A stretch of DNA of 64,000 nt, taken from NCBI GenBank assembly GCA_001949185.1, contig BDGG01000001.1, positions 3,613,324 through 3,677,323 on the forward strand, in the 5' to 3' direction. Below the pieces are notes generated by a model. It was not told the DNA's origin. It worked only from the letters and a program-made list of their open reading frames with translations, and made no database searches. A program made the translations under genes and the position numbers. Shown here piece after piece: positions 62,544 through 64,000 of the stretch. This DNA comes from Ramazzottius varieornatus. Taxonomy: Eukaryota > Animalia > Tardigrada. Within the stretch, counting starts at the first letter, position 1; each line of letters starts with the position of its first letter.

Positions 62544-64000
62544 ATGTGCCGGTTTTTCCTCTTTGTTGTAATTTTTGATAGTGTTTTTCACGGACAATGT
62601 TGTACGTACCGGATTGCAGAAATAAATTGCAATAGTGCAGTTGTTCACTCCGGCAAAGTTTATGCAATAGGAGGATACGTGGGGATAGAGCAGGTATGCG
62701 ATGGACGAACCAAGCGGGAGTTGTCAGGACCCATACACCATAATCTCGACTCTTACCACATTGTTATTTGGGATCGTCGGTCACTCAAGTCCAGGGTCGT
62801 TCTGCCTTTGTCATCCGGAGACGGTCCAACAAGTCAGGTCCCGTATGACCAAGATGCGTTTCCACTTCACGGTATATACGACAAGACTGATATTTTGCAA
62901 TGTCCTGGTGGGCTCAACTACAATGTGGACTCTTGTCGAGAGCTTCTACCTTCCCGAAACTTTATGGGAACTGTGGCTCTGTATAAAGGAGCTAAGTTTG
63001 TTCCTGTGGGTGATCGCACTGTACACCGCCCATTTGACGCTGAAGCAGACCTGCAAAACGAAAAGCTCGTCGAGTTTGTTCCTTTTTTTTGTGGACCATA
63101 CGAGAATGCCACTGATGGATTCACCTTCGGCGAGGTAACTAAAATAAACTAAGTTGGATCAGATGCACTAAAGACTCGAAGGATTATTGGTGCCTGCGTT
63201 CATTTCAAGGTAACGTGGAAGATGTACGACTCTTCCATGTCACGCTTTGACAAGGGTTCAGTAACCATGTTTGAGTATGGGGTGCCAACACCAGGCTCTC
63301 CTAACATTGCGTATTCTGCCGAGGCCCCACTGAACGAGTCACGGTCATGGCTGAATAGGCAACCCTTGCCGGAGTCCTGCTACGACATGGCTCTTCCATC
63401 CGTCTCGTCGGCGAAGCGCAACAGTCAAGCCCTGCCTGTTGGTCCTCCCAACAAACGCCGAACCATCCAACAAAAATTGTCGCAGTTTTTCATCCAGACA
63501 ACAGAGTCTTCAACATCAAAAACCGTGGAGGACAAATCCACCCCTCAAAGTCTGCCATCTTCTTCAACAACGGAAGCAACCACCGGTACGGAGACACGCA
63601 CAATGACCGTACAGGGTATCTAAAGCATCACACATGTTCTCATTACTCAATATGCGGATTCTTGTTAGGCTTTTCCACCACTTGCAACGATGTTGAAATG
63701 AATACTTTGGAAAACTCGTGCCCGCTGTTGCCCGCGCACTTTCAACCGCAGCTAACTAACAGGAATCCCTCTTGTGACGTTATGGATGAAAGTGACCGTC
63801 CCCCAACCGTGACCACCACAACATCGGCAGCGCCCGAGAGCCCTTCCGAAGCCGACATTGGGGAATGGATAACCGTACCACTAGCTTCGATTCCAGGGTC
63901 CGTTGTTCGGCAAATAATCGAGAGTCCATGGGTACCACCCACAAACTTCACATTTCCCATCACGGGCAATGGGGGCCAGCGGAGAATTTTTCAGAGAGAA
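62544..64000 (+). CDS. hAT transposase N-terminus (PRKRIR/ZMYM1-like, TTF zinc-finger precursor region) with spliced N-terminal extension; incomplete
   Basis: Introns 63135-63209 and ~63616-63668 keep frame. QQKLSQFF and DIGEW...VVRQIIESPWVPPTNFTFP...RRIFQRE match the region preceding the TTF finger in hAT transposases. Confidence 0.65.

Larger units (their letters stand above)
61687..64000 (+). mobile_element. 5' part of a putative autonomous hAT element, running off the window
   Basis: caggggcgcg... terminus with aggctcagcct subterminal motifs typical of hAT ends, followed by a transposase-like gene. Confidence 0.5.

Overview
Eukaryotic (animal) genomic DNA, not prokaryotic. The window is gene-dense, with short GT-AG introns (mostly about 55-100 nt) and a gene set typical of panarthropods (Lachesin, Chronophage/BCL11-like, ABCG). 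A compact tardigrade- or microarthropod-type genome is my inference only. About 20 spliced genes or gene fragments can be reconstructed: ABCG half-transporter, BCL11-like zinc finger, PIGV, CFAP99, an RTEL1-derived protein, an LRAT/PLAAT-domain protein, an MRG15-like chromo-barrel protein, Lachesin, an NFAT, an F-box fragment, a 4-Ig receptor, a 4-TM orphan, a secreted GFRR/mucin protein, a PP1-like phosphatase, RAP1GDS1, POLR1C, Rubicon, CBR1 and the start of a hAT transposase, plus many MITEs. Most striking observations: (1) an intact 850-codon RTEL1 paralog in which every helicase ATPase motif is destroyed while the fold, 3 of 4 FeS cysteines and the harmonin-homology domain are kept, i.e. 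a candidate pseudohelicase; (2) an intronic palindrome family CAAGTGGCGCA-N27-TGCGCCACTTG with fixed spacer length but variable spacer sequence; (3) two alternative GPI-signal terminal exons in Lachesin; (4) a MITE inserted inside a 5' splice site. Family assignments rest on motif recognition by eye; no database searches were run.
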